NCBI GenBank assembly: GCA_965644315.1
Contig: CBFFRQ010000032.1
Coordinates: forward strand, 1 to 64,000
Direction: 5' to 3'
Origin: Caecitellus pseudoparvulus
Lineage: Eukaryota > Protista > Bigyra: Bicosoecida
DNA length: 64,000 nt
The translations under genes and the position numbers were made by a program. Shown piece after piece: positions 11,720 through 21,986 of this stretch. The notes beneath the pieces were generated by a model, which searched no databases, was not told where the DNA came from, and worked only from the letters and a program-made list of their open reading frames with translations. Every line of letters begins with the position of its first letter. Position 1 is the first letter of the stretch.

Positions 11720-14656
11720 GGCAAGGACTTTCCAAATGTCAAGCTAATCACAAGTTGTGAAGTGCTAACATTGCCTAATCCAGGCGCTCGTGCACCCAAG
11801 TGTGGTGTTGCACAGTGCTTGCTGGTTGGGTGGTGCGCACCGGGGCGGGGTAGTGCGAATTCCGCACACCATCGCACCGTGGCTCCCAGTTTGCGCCCTC
11901 GGTCGGGGCATGCACCTGGGATCGACATCAAAAGCATCATTGACAAGCATCATGAACGCCCAAGTGGATCAAGTCCTGGGGGTCCTCTTCGTGGAGGGGT
12001 GCCTGAAGCGCAAGCAAGTGCTCGGCCCCAGAACAGGTGTCTTCACTGACATGCCACGTCGGGGTGCCGCACGCACCTTCGAGCTTGGAGGACCCCTGCC
12101 CAAGACTGATCATGATAGTTCATCTTCGGCACGGGACATGTGGCTCGAGGTCTATGGGGAAGCCGCCGAACGGCTGATCCCAGGGCTGAGTGCGGAATTC
12201 GGCAACGCCAATGCGGCCCTGCGCCAGGGACCCACCGGATCGCCAACCATCCTCGTCACGCTCGGAAGTGAGGGTGATTCACCAACAGTGGCACGTCAAC
12301 TTCGCATTCTTGCTGCTCAAGAGGACGACTTCGCCATTCGAGTCGGCCAAGGTGGGTTCGTCGCCGTGGCCTACACCAACACCAAGCAGTTCGCATCGGC
12401 GAAGGCGAAAGTGAAGGTGAAGGCCCACCCCACCGCCATCCAAGTGGCCCACCAAGTGACCAAGGAAGCAACCGAAATCGCCTGCCAGTCAGGTGATGTT
12501 GCCAAGGTCATGTGCCTCGTTAGGTCCCACTTCGACCATGGCCCCGTGCCAGCCCAAGCCGTCCGTCCCAGTGTCAGACAATCCGTCCCCTCCGAGGGTG
12601 ATGCACCTGTCGACACCAAGACACCATCGACCTGGACTGACACTCAGCTCGACAAGGCACCGAAGAAGAAGAAGACCCGTCGAGGCAAGCGAGGAAAGGG
12701 CAAGTCAGCCGGACGATCCCTCACCTTCGAGGACGTCTTCATCAAGAACGTCCGGCCACCTGCACCTCGACCAACCTCACCACCTGCCACCCAAGGCTCA
12801 CCCAAAGATACCGTCACCACCCCTGTGGTGCATGCCATGTTGCCTTCATCAAGGGTGCAGCGGGGCGTCGACCGCAAGTGGCCGTCCCCCACCCCGTCGG
12901 GCGAGGCAAGCCCCGAGGTGCACCGGTATCGGCCGTCTGCAGCAGCAGCATGGGAGGTGATCACAAGGGTGGTGCCTCTTCATGACAGTGTGCGGACACC
13001 CGAGCACCTGGCCGAGTACCCCATCAAGCCTGGCCCTCTGGCCGACCTGCTGTCATCGACCCACGTGTACTCTAACGTGGGGGGCGGGCCTGTGTCCAGG
13101 CCTGTCTCGAGACGGCAGCAGGGGAGAGGGTCTTCGAGGCTGGGGACCTCCTCCTACTCCAGCATGCAGCCACCATCAACGCTGCCCAGCTTGCCTTCAA
13201 GCACATGGTCAGGCAGCTGGAGGGGGTGGTCAGTGACTCGTCCAGCTCGGACATCATGGACGTCGGCCAGAAGCCACCCTCCCCCTTCCGCTCAGACGGG
13301 CAACGGGTGGCCGTCTTCCGCAACATGCTGCACCAGCACTCGCCGGATGACACCTTCCTGGCCCCAGGTACACCACCAGTCCTGCTTCCCGGCCTGCACC
13401 TGCTCATCGACCGCATCAACCAAGGGTACCGTGCCCCAGCCGGGCATGATGACCTTGGCCAGGCCGGCGTCGACCCCAGCCAGGTTGATGAAGAGGGTGA
13501 CCAAGAGGGGCACCTCGACGGAGTGCTGTATGCCTTCGCACTTCGAGAGGTGTGGACCGACAACACGGCCCATCTGCAGCTCATCCTCGTCGACCATGAT
13601 CGAGGCAAGCTGGTGCTGTGGAACCCCGACATCCCTGACCTCCATGACGAGCTGCCCCTGCACAAGTGCATGACCCGGCTGGCAGCCGAAGGCATCAACG
13701 TCTTGTACCGGATCTGGACCACACCCGAGGCGGGCAGTCCAGCACCCTTCCGGGACAGGCTTCGAGGGGCACTCCAGTCTCTCCGAGATGACTTCCCCCC
13801 CCTGCCTCACAAGGCCACCGACGGCACCGTGCACCCCCAGACCCTCATCGCTGGCAAGGGCACAAGGGTGGCCATGCCTCATGGGCGGATGACCCGACAG
13901 CAGGCCGCCACCCTGGAGGCTGAGGTCAAGGACCCCCTCAAGCGGCTGGTGCCTGAAGACGGCGAGGGTCGCCTGCCCAAGGTCAAGGATGTGCCCCACA
14001 TCTCGATCGGGCAGATGGGTGGACGCCTGATGTAAGTCACCTGTGGGGGCATACTCCCTGTGCCACACATGACTGAAGCTTTGTGTCGCGACCGACGCAC
14101 ATAGCTGACATCGGACATTGGAAAGTCCAACCCAACCTCACCATCACCAACCCAACATCGATACCAACACATCAGGACTCGGCTCAGTGGAAGGGGAAGG
14201 CACTTGCAGCAAGATCTGTGAGGCCGCCCCCAAACCTGAGCCGAAGGGACAGCCGGGCTGGGTCGTGTGCTTGCATCTCAGCAACACCCAGTCCGTGTCG
14301 AGTCCATATCCTCCAGCCCACACCGCCACCCAAGCCAAGCAAGTCGGGTCTCCACCCCTGGACATCGGACCGAGACGGACGAGACTGGACTGGACGGACA
14401 AGACAAGAGTGGACCGAGACCTGGACCTACACCTCAAGACCATCCCACCGGGGCGGGCGCTGAAGCGCCAAGACAGACGGCGACTTATACAACGGACACG
14501 AGTCTGTGCTAGTCGCAAAGCCGTGCAAGCGGTGCCGTCGTGGTGTCTGTGTCACTGCATTCTGTTGTGGCGCAGGTGGCACCACATGTCCAAGCCCAAG
14601 CTGTACCATGATGTAGCCTGCATGGAGGCAATCTGCAATGCATTGAGTAGCTAACC
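11720..14656 (+). mobile_element. Non-autonomous partner element family B (~2.9 kb)
   Basis: 5' UTR homologous to family A. ORF homologous to the N-terminal third of A only. Distinct 3' UTR ending in the shared terminal structure and CTAACC. Confidence 0.85.
11952..14035 (+). CDS. Family B protein (~694 aa): basic N-terminal region plus putative protease domain, no endonuclease or RT
   Basis: Aligns with A (QVLGVLF, RTGV.TDM.RRGAARTF.LGG, PKKKKTRRGKR, PPVLLPGLHLL, HLQLI.V, LVLWNPD, SLR.DFPPLP). Adding one G to the G-run at 13079-13084 joins ORFs 11790-13673 and 13205-14035 and restores CVQACLETAAGE. Confidence 0.85.
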
Positions 14657-14662
14657 CTAACC
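14651..14662 (+). repeat. Telomeric repeat junction CTAACCCTAACC
   Basis: Read directly at the 3' end of element B. Confidence 0.9.
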
Positions 14663-14772
14663 TGTAGCGCTCCTGGTGTGCCTTGTGCACAGCAGCGAAC
14701 GCTACATGTGATGCCCAAGCTGTATCGCGTGCAAGCGTGAAGGCGACATGCAATGCATTGAATGAACTAACC
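14663..14772 (+). mobile_element. ~105-nt 3'-terminal remnant of another subfamily (D)
   Basis: Contains GATGCCCAAGCTGTA-stem-AGGC...AATGCATTG...CTAACC, like the other termini. Confidence 0.8.
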
Positions 14773-14800
14773 CCTAACCCTAACCCCCTAACCCCTAACC
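14767..14800 (+). repeat. Short telomeric tract, irregular C3-5TAA repeats
   Basis: CTAACCCCTAACCCTAACCCCCTAACCCCTAACC. Confidence 0.92.
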
Positions 14801-15267
14801 GGCAAGGAGTGTGTGCGCACGGGTGCTGGTGTGCGCGATCGAATTCCGCACCACGCACCCGGCCGAAAGACCACGCAGAGACGCAGCAGGAACCTCATGG
14901 AAGGCACAGAGAGGCCTATGAGGCCCACAGAGGAGGTGGGTGAGGAATTTGGATTATGATCTGTTGTCAAGACTGCGCGGATGCCTGGGTGTGCTCTGGT
15001 GTGCCCCAGGTGTGTGGCGCTGGCGGAGCAAGGGATGAAGTGAAGCGGAGGAGGGTCAAGATGATGAATTGGAGCGGGCAGGGACCTGCCCTAGCAAGCG
15101 GCGGCATGTATAACGGGCGCAGGCCTGTGTTTGTTGCGTATCCGCGCCAAGCGGTAGCCGCTGTGGCGTCCTACATGTGCAGAGGTGCATTGTGGGGCGC
15201 CCGTGTGACGCTCAAGCTGTACAGTGCCAAGCGGTGCTGAGGTGAAATGCATTGTGAATTGCTAACC
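14801..15267 (+). mobile_element. Family A-type 3' UTR remnant (E) preceded by GGCAAGGA
   Basis: 14809-15267 aligns with 3641-4101 with scattered substitutions and ends CTAACC. Confidence 0.9.
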
Positions 15268-15274
15268 CTAACCC
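15262..15274 (+). repeat. Telomeric repeat junction CTAACCCTAACCC
   Basis: Read directly. The final CCC overlaps the first bases of the truncated downstream element. Confidence 0.9.
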
Positions 15275-18200
15275 ACGCAAGAGACCTCCTCCCGTGTCCC
15301 CGACGGCTGCAGCACTCTCGGGCAGTGGGGCACAGCCGCCATCTGCAAGTCCTGCATGCAAGGCACCCACTACGCTGCTGAAGCTTGCTGACTGTAGTCG
15401 CCGACCAGCACGGCTTGGACAGGCCAACCTTGACTTGGGTTCCCCCTTGCAGCAGCTTCTCGCATCTGCGCACGCATTCCGCAATGAGGACCAACGCCAC
15501 TGCGTCCAGGCCTGCTTCGAAACAGCAGCCGGAGAGACCCTCTTCAATGACGACGACTTCGTCCTTCTCCAACACGCAGCTACCATCCAAGCTGCCCAGT
15601 CATCCTTCTGTGCTGTGCTGCGGAAGAGCAGCACCCGCCACCCTGGTACACCAGACTCGGAGGTCCATGCTGTCTGTGAAACAGAACCCTCCATGCCGAC
15701 CACCGAGCAAGACAAGCTTGACCTCTTCCAGTCCTTCCTGCACCGACATGCGCCTGATGATGCAGCACTCACAGGTACCTGTCCACCTGTGCTCCTACCT
15801 GGCCTTCATCTCTTACTCACGCGTATCAACGAGGATCATCGCGAACTTGATGGTGGCACAGTGTCTGGGCACTGCCTTGTTGATGTCAAGGCAGAGAAGG
15901 GCGTCACCTCCGGAGCGGCTGTCTTCGACGGAGTGTACTTCGCGTTCGGGCTCAGCTTGGCTGATGCTGCAGGTGTGTCACACTTGCAGCTCATTGTCGT
16001 CAACGCTGAGAAGTCCACACTGGTACTGTGGAACCCTGACGAACCCTTCAAGAGTACCAACATCCCACTCGATGACTGCTTGACCACACTCGCATCGATG
16101 GGCATTGAGTCAGTGTACCGCGTCTCATCCTCCCCACTGAGCGGAAAGCCAATCCCCTTCAAAGACAGAGTGCGGCTCGCCATGCTGTCTCTCAGGTCTG
16201 ACTTTCCCCCACTCCCATTCGTAGCTGAGGACGAGACTGTCTACTCAAAGACTCTCATCACTGGAAAGACAACGCGGGTGTACCTCCCTGTAGGCCGCAC
16301 CACGCGCCAGCAAGCCGCCGCTGATGAGAGAGCTAAGACGGTTGACCCATTACTGTCACTCATCCCAACATCTGTACAAGCCGCCGACCAGATCAGCAGC
16401 GATGCACCCCATACCCCTGTCGGCCGCGGAAGACACATGACCCTTGCACTCGCTGCTTGGAATGTGCACGGCTCTTGTGGCCGGTGTGTCCACGACGTCA
16501 TCACCTGTGTCCAATCTGTGTGCAGTACGTCGTCCATGCTGGCACTGTGTATCACAGAGCCTGGGGGACACGGCCTACTCGACACGGAAGTCATGGGCCT
16601 TGACTGCTTCCGCCCAAGTCCGCCTGATCGGCCTGTCGGGCGGAGTGAGGTTGCCTTGCTGCTGGATCGAAGACTCAATGGCTCAGTGATTCCGGGCCTT
16701 GACGTTGATGGTCGTTGCATAGTTGCATGCTCGATCCCTGCAAGCCCACAGCCCATCGCCATCATAGCCACGTACATACCCAACTGGCACTCTTGGCAGC
16801 GAAAGAAGCCAGTCGCTGATCCGGACACGAAGCTTCCGTACCGGCAAGAGGTTTGGCGGCAGCTGGAGTCTGCTGTTCAACAGCTCCGCCTCACCCACAT
16901 GATCGTCATCATGGGTGACCTGAACTCTCATCCAGGTGACGAAGGGATTGGAACATGGGGAGCAGATCATTGGCAGAACAGGACCGGCATCCCTGAACCC
17001 ACTGAAGACATTCTGCAGATGCAGCTCCTCTGCGAGCAAGGCCCACTGATCCCAGCTGGACTCGGTGGTCTGCCAACGCACAGGTATGGTCGGGCCCTGG
17101 ACCATATCCTGATGACTCAGGACCTCCACAGTATGTTGAGCAGACCACTGCACATCACGACGACTTTCTCCAGTGGGACGAAGAAGAGTGCTGCTCGACT
17201 AATCCTCAGTGATCACCATCTTGTTGCAGCAGAAGTCCGAGTGAAGCCAGCCAAACGGGTATGGACATCATCCAAGAGCCCCCATGTACAGGCAGTTCCA
17301 CCCTGGTGGACCTCAGCGACAGAGGTTGGGCTGGCAGCGCAAGCGATGTTTCGAGGATCCCTCAGCTCGCGAGCCACTGCACTCCAAACAAGCAGCGCGG
17401 TCCCTAGCCTGTCCTCCCTCAATGGTGCAATCGAGGCTGCGGCCCTCGACACACATCGCAATGCCAAAACCCCACGTGACCCTCTGCCCCAGCTGAAGAT
17501 GGACATCAAGGCGGCCAGCGGGCTCAAAAAGGCCATGACCGCACGCGTGTCTAAGCTGCGGAAGACCATTGCCAGGTTGCGCCGCAAGCTCGCTCTCGCT
17601 ACCGGTCGGCATCCTCAACCAGACCATGCCCATGCCATCCGAGAGAGAATCTCCATGGCCTCTGAAGAGGTACACGCCACGCTTCAATGCCGCAAGGATG
17701 CAATGCGGAAGTGCACGAGGCTTGTGAAGAAGAAGCGACATGTCACTCTGTCCAGGATCCGAGCACGCTTGAGGGAACTCGCTGTCACGGATCCCTACAC
17801 CGCTCACCAACACATCAAGCGTCTGTCAGGTCGAGGTCGCCGAGCCCGCCGAGCTCCCATCATGTCCGTGAAGTCCATGCAGGGAGTGCTCATCTCCTCC
17901 CCTGATCTGGTGAAGGAGGAGGTTGCCCAGCAGATGTCTGGCATCCTGAGTCACAACAAGCCCAGGCCAACATCGCTGAAGTACGGGCTGGCACGGTTCC
18001 TTCCCTCAGCCCAAGAGTCCTTCACCCCGCCAGCGACATGGCTCCCCTCCAAGAAGCAAGTCAAAGTTCTCATGGGTTCACTCAGCTTGCATCGACACCC
18101 AGGCTCTGGCAAGTTCCAGTCGGAGCACATCAAGTACTCAGGGCCTGGCTTCCAAGACACCTATGCCCAAGCCGTCATCCAAGCGCTTCAGCAGGGAACC

Positions 18201-21200
18201 TGCCCGCCAGACTACCATGCAGGCATTGGGTCACTCATCCCCAAGAAGACGAGTGAAGCTGGGCGGCCTCGCACATACCGCTTGATTGTGTGCCGCCCTC
18301 CTCCTGCCAAGCTCTTCTTCTCAGTTGCTGCGGCATGCCTGGAGTCGTGGATGCAATCATGGGTGTCGAAGGAGCAGGCTGGCTTCACTCGACACCGCAA
18401 CACGCATGAGCATATCTTGGCTCTCCAAGAAGTGATCAAGGGCCACTTGCGACAGTCAACAGCGCCAGTGCAAGTCCTGGTACTCTTCGTTGACTTCCGA
18501 GGAGCATTTGACTCTGTGAGCCACGCAGCCATCACAGAGATTCTTGAGGCCGCCTCCCTCCCTGCTCCACTCCTGGCCGTCATCAAGGAGTACATGTCCA
18601 AGGCGACGGTCTCCATCAACACGCGCCATGGTCTTTGTCGCCCCCTTCCTGTCAGCAATGGCGTCCCCCAAGGAGGAGCTCTATCTCCCCTCCTCTTCAA
18701 GGTTGCGATAGATGTGCTGTCGCAAAGGCTCCACGAGATGCCCCTCCAAGGCATCCAGGGGGTTGGCATCCCAACACCAGCAGGCCATGTCACCCACACC
18801 CTGTATGCCGATGACCTGGCCTGCATCGCAACGTCGGCCACGTCCCTGCACCGAGTCTTCATGGAGGTGAAGGCTATCGCTGCCCGGGTTGGTCTCTCAA
18901 TCAACCCGTCGAAGTCGGGCGTCATGATCCTTGCCAACTCCGTGCGAGGCAGCCGGACCCCAGTCAGTGAAAGAAAGAAGATGGTGTGGCGCTCGGCTGC
19001 CCTCAAAGCGGGCAGCATGCTGAAGGTCGGCGACAAGTCCATCCAACGAGTGGCAGAGTACACCTACTTGGGCGTACCGATGTCCGAACATCCAGCCAAG
19101 ACCCGTACCCTTACCCTTCAACAAGCGGGGCTGGCCTGCATCCAAGCCGGGTTCACTGCGGGCGCGCTGCTCAGTGCCACTTGGCTCGATGTGCAGCAGC
19201 GGCACCTAGTTGGGTGTGCTACTGTCACCTCAGCCGCTGACTACATGCTGTCCACCCAAGCCAACAGCTCCCTACTTCCGCTGCGCGACGTTGACCGCGG
19301 CGTTGCTCTCGCCTTGGACAGGACGCAGGTGGGCTCGCAGAGTGCCCTCATGCGCCCGCATAGCTACGCCAAGCTGGCGCTGTGTGGAGTCTTGCCTGCC
19401 CACATCCGCTCCACACAACTGCGGATCGGGATGTTTGTCAAGGCTCTCCGAATGCTGCACTCGAACACCCCCCTTGTCCGAGCACTGTGCTTGACCATCC
19501 CGCAGGCGCTTGACATCATGCCCGCTTCAATGACGACTGCCTTCATCGTGGACACCATTGCCGATGGGGGTCGGCTCCGGGCTGCCAGTGTCCCTGCTCC
19601 GTGGGCACTGCATGCCCTCTTGGACCTCTGGCTCCTGGGCTGCATGCCAGACCTTGCACAGCTTCGGCTTGCATGTGCACCTGGCTCTGAACATGCTGCC
19701 TCTGCCCTTGCCAAAGTCCTTGCCGGACTGAAGACCACCCCTGGTCTGCACAGGTCTGCGGTGGTAGGGGTGGCTGCCAACGAGTCGTCGTCCATGGCCG
19801 AACCCCCTGCCTTCCCGGCTGACACACCTTGGGCCCTGCGTCGTCAAGTCCTCGCGTCGTACCTGCACGTAGCCCAGGCAGTGCCGAGTGCAGCTGCCCA
19901 CTACACTGTCGACAGCCGCATCCCCCAAGTGCAGAAGCCCAGGCCCTATCATCTTGGGCCTGGTGCGCAGCACTTCGTGTGGCTCCATCCACTGCCACAC
20001 GGGGTGAACCCCCTCTTCTGGGTCTGCTCCGATGACAGACCCACCAGGGTGAAGGTGCACCACTTCCAGACTCTTCAACTTCTCCACGGAGGGGACAGTG
20101 CCACCCAGTACGAGTGCTGTCCGATCTGCGGACTCAGCAATGACGAAGAGCTCCATGCGCACATCCTGCTGCACTGCACCCACCACGAACTCACCGCGGC
20201 ACGCCAACACACGATGGCCAAGTTCAAGGAACTGGCCAACCGGTCAGCTGTGCCCGAGCCCGCGGCGGGCCAAGTGCAGTGCCTGCCCATCCCCCCCAAG
20301 ATCTGCGAAGCCCTTGTCCATGCCCCCGACCCAGAGCCGCGAAGCCTGCGGGACCTCGAGGTCCTCCACAGGCTCCTGCTCTGCGGGCAGTGGCCCCACC
20401 GGTGGGGGCTGCCCGATGATGCGCAGCTTGTGTCCATGAAAGAGGCGGCTGTCCTGTCCCACCCCCACCTTGTCCACCGTGCTGGTCCTTGCCGTGTCCG
20501 TGCCCCAGCTGTATGGCAAGACATCCTGCGAGGTGCGGTCGAGTTCACAGCAAAGGCGTGGCGGGTGACAATCACTTACATGCTGCGGATGACTGATCCT
20601 CAACACCTTGCTGTCCAGAGACATGCTGAGTACCTGTGGTGGGCGGTGCATGGGCGCGGGGCTCCTCTACCTGGCCGCACGCAGCCAGTGCGGTCAGCGG
20701 CCACGCGGCACACGCGCAAGCCTCGCACTCGCCGCAGGGCACGCACCTTTTTCCCTGCCAAGGCTGGCCAAGTGCCGTCCACGGAGGGCAAGGTGCAGAG
20801 GACGCTGCAGCACTTCATGGGGCCTCAGCCAGCCCTTGCAGACACTGATGGTGAGGGGGAGGGTCTCGGTAGTTCCTGTGAAGAGCGGGAGGAGTAAGGC
20901 GGAACGCAGGCGCGCGGGCGGGGCGTGGAACAGCCACGCTTGTGGCCGCGCCTACCCTCCACGAGTGCCCTGACGTGATGAACCTGTGTGAAGCGTGGTG
21001 ATAACCACGGTAGTGCGAAGCAGACGACCAAGACCTTACCTTTTATTCCCTGTATAACCTGCGAGTAACGGTGGAGTGAGCGGGAGCGTGTCTCGGGCCG
21101 CGGCGTGTGTGCAGCCGCAGCGCTGCACGGCCACGGCCCGGATGCTGCCTGGCGACGATGCAGGCTCACTCACCATGAAAGCATGGCGTGACAGGTTGAA

Positions 21201-21724
21201 GAAAAGAGTCCTCGTCCTTGCTGAACGTCCTTGATGCGCGCGGTGCGCTCTGTGGCGCGGGCGCGTGTGTGCGCACGGGTGCTGATGTGCGAGATCAAAT
21301 TCCGCACCACGCACCTGGCCGAAAGTCTGTGCAGAGGCACAGGATCCACCTCATGGAGGGCTCAGGGAGGCTCCTGAGAGCCACAGAAGAGGTGGAATGT
21401 GCTTTTTGAATTATGGACACTTGTGAAGACTGCACGGATGCGTGGGTGTGCTCTGGTGTGCCGCAGGTGTCTGGCGCGAGAGGAGCAAGGGGTGAAGTGA
21501 AGCGGAGGAGGGACAAGATGGTGAATTGGAGCGGGCAGGGACCTGCCCTAGCAAGCGGCGACACATATAACGGGTGCAAGCCTGTGTTTGTTGCGTATCC
21601 GCGCCAAGCGGTAGCCGCTGTGGCGTCCTACATGTGCAGAGGTGCATTGTGGGGCGCCCGTGTGACGCTCAAGCTGTACAGTGTCAAGCGACGCTGAGGT
21701 GAAATGCATTGTGAATTGCTAACC
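15272..21724 (+). mobile_element. Family A subfamily 2, 5'-truncated copy (~6.45 kb)
   Basis: Begins at the position equivalent to ~5268 of copy 2. Many synonymous-looking substitutions versus copies 1 and 2. Ends TTGTGAATTGCTAACC (CTAACC at 21719-21724). Confidence 0.95.
15294..20897 (+). CDS. 5'-truncated but uninterrupted polyprotein ORF (protease-like, APE, RT, CCHC)
   Basis: 1867-aa open frame with all APE and RT motifs. Shows that APE and RT share one ORF with the upstream domains. Confidence 0.9.
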   Translation: MSPTAAALSGSGAQPPSASPACKAPTTLLKLADCSRRPARLGQANLDLGSPLQQLLASAHAFRNEDQRHCVQACFETAAGETLFNDDDFVLLQHAATIQAAQSSFCAVLRKSSTRHPGTPDSEVHAVCETEPSMPTTEQDKLDLFQSFLHRHAPDDAALTGTCPPVLLPGLHLLLTRINEDHRELDGGTVSGHCLVDVKAEKGVTSGAAVFDGVYFAFGLSLADAAGVSHLQLIVVNAEKSTLVLWNPDEPFKSTNIPLDDCLTTLASMGIESVYRVSSSPLSGKPIPFKDRVRLAMLSLRSDFPPLPFVAEDETVYSKTLITGKTTRVYLPVGRTTRQQAAADERAKTVDPLLSLIPTSVQAADQISSDAPHTPVGRGRHMTLALAAWNVHGSCGRCVHDVITCVQSVCSTSSMLALCITEPGGHGLLDTEVMGLDCFRPSPPDRPVGRSEVALLLDRRLNGSVIPGLDVDGRCIVACSIPASPQPIAIIATYIPNWHSWQRKKPVADPDTKLPYRQEVWRQLESAVQQLRLTHMIVIMGDLNSHPGDEGIGTWGADHWQNRTGIPEPTEDILQMQLLCEQGPLIPAGLGGLPTHRYGRALDHILMTQDLHSMLSRPLHITTTFSSGTKKSAARLILSDHHLVAAEVRVKPAKRVWTSSKSPHVQAVPPWWTSATEVGLAAQAMFRGSLSSRATALQTSSAVPSLSSLNGAIEAAALDTHRNAKTPRDPLPQLKMDIKAASGLKKAMTARVSKLRKTIARLRRKLALATGRHPQPDHAHAIRERISMASEEVHATLQCRKDAMRKCTRLVKKKRHVTLSRIRARLRELAVTDPYTAHQHIKRLSGRGRRARRAPIMSVKSMQGVLISSPDLVKEEVAQQMSGILSHNKPRPTSLKYGLARFLPSAQESFTPPATWLPSKKQVKVLMGSLSLHRHPGSGKFQSEHIKYSGPGFQDTYAQAVIQALQQGTCPPDYHAGIGSLIPKKTSEAGRPRTYRLIVCRPPPAKLFFSVAAACLESWMQSWVSKEQAGFTRHRNTHEHILALQEVIKGHLRQSTAPVQVLVLFVDFRGAFDSVSHAAITEILEAASLPAPLLAVIKEYMSKATVSINTRHGLCRPLPVSNGVPQGGALSPLLFKVAIDVLSQRLHEMPLQGIQGVGIPTPAGHVTHTLYADDLACIATSATSLHRVFMEVKAIAARVGLSINPSKSGVMILANSVRGSRTPVSERKKMVWRSAALKAGSMLKVGDKSIQRVAEYTYLGVPMSEHPAKTRTLTLQQAGLACIQAGFTAGALLSATWLDVQQRHLVGCATVTSAADYMLSTQANSSLLPLRDVDRGVALALDRTQVGSQSALMRPHSYAKLALCGVLPAHIRSTQLRIGMFVKALRMLHSNTPLVRALCLTIPQALDIMPASMTTAFIVDTIADGGRLRAASVPAPWALHALLDLWLLGCMPDLAQLRLACAPGSEHAASALAKVLAGLKTTPGLHRSAVVGVAANESSSMAEPPAFPADTPWALRRQVLASYLHVAQAVPSAAAHYTVDSRIPQVQKPRPYHLGPGAQHFVWLHPLPHGVNPLFWVCSDDRPTRVKVHHFQTLQLLHGGDSATQYECCPICGLSNDEELHAHILLHCTHHELTAARQHTMAKFKELANRSAVPEPAAGQVQCLPIPPKICEALVHAPDPEPRSLRDLEVLHRLLLCGQWPHRWGLPDDAQLVSMKEAAVLSHPHLVHRAGPCRVRAPAVWQDILRGAVEFTAKAWRVTITYMLRMTDPQHLAVQRHAEYLWWAVHGRGAPLPGRTQPVRSAATRHTRKPRTRRRARTFFPAKAGQVPSTEGKVQRTLQHFMGPQPALADTDGEGEGLGSSCEEREE

Positions 21725-21986
21725 TCTGGCTCAGCCGACTGAGCCGAGAGGGCGCGGGAGGGACAGTTCAGCACGTATGGGCGGGCGCGGGCGCGCCCTA
21801 GCAAGCGGCGGCTTATACAACGGACGTATGTCCGTGATGGCTGCAGACCCACGAGAGTGGGAGCCGCTGTGGTGCCTACTACAGTGCATTCGTGTGCTGT
21901 GGTACGCAAGGCACCACGAGTGATGCCCAAGCTGTACCGTGCAAGAGTGTGCGGAGGCAAGTTGCAATGCATTGAGTGAGCTAACC
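21725..21986 (+). mobile_element. ~260-nt 3'-terminal remnant of a further subfamily (C), innermost unit of the array
   Basis: Shares GCCCTAGCAAGCGGCGGC..TATACAACGG and GATGCCCAAGCTGTAC...AATGCATTGAGTGAGCTAACC with the other termini. Confidence 0.85.

Noticed and set aside
13075-13090. Two-ORF structure of element B
   Set aside because: One extra G in a G6 run restores colinear alignment with A. Likely a homopolymer error.
14032-14104. Intron GTAAGT...CATAG extending the B ORF
   Set aside because: Splicing at these sites gives an immediate stop, and no APE or RT sequence lies downstream in B.
497-21700. Numerous antisense and alternate-frame ORFs over the retroelements and other GC-rich genes
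   Set aside because: Expected shadow ORFs in high-GC coding DNA, with no motifs.
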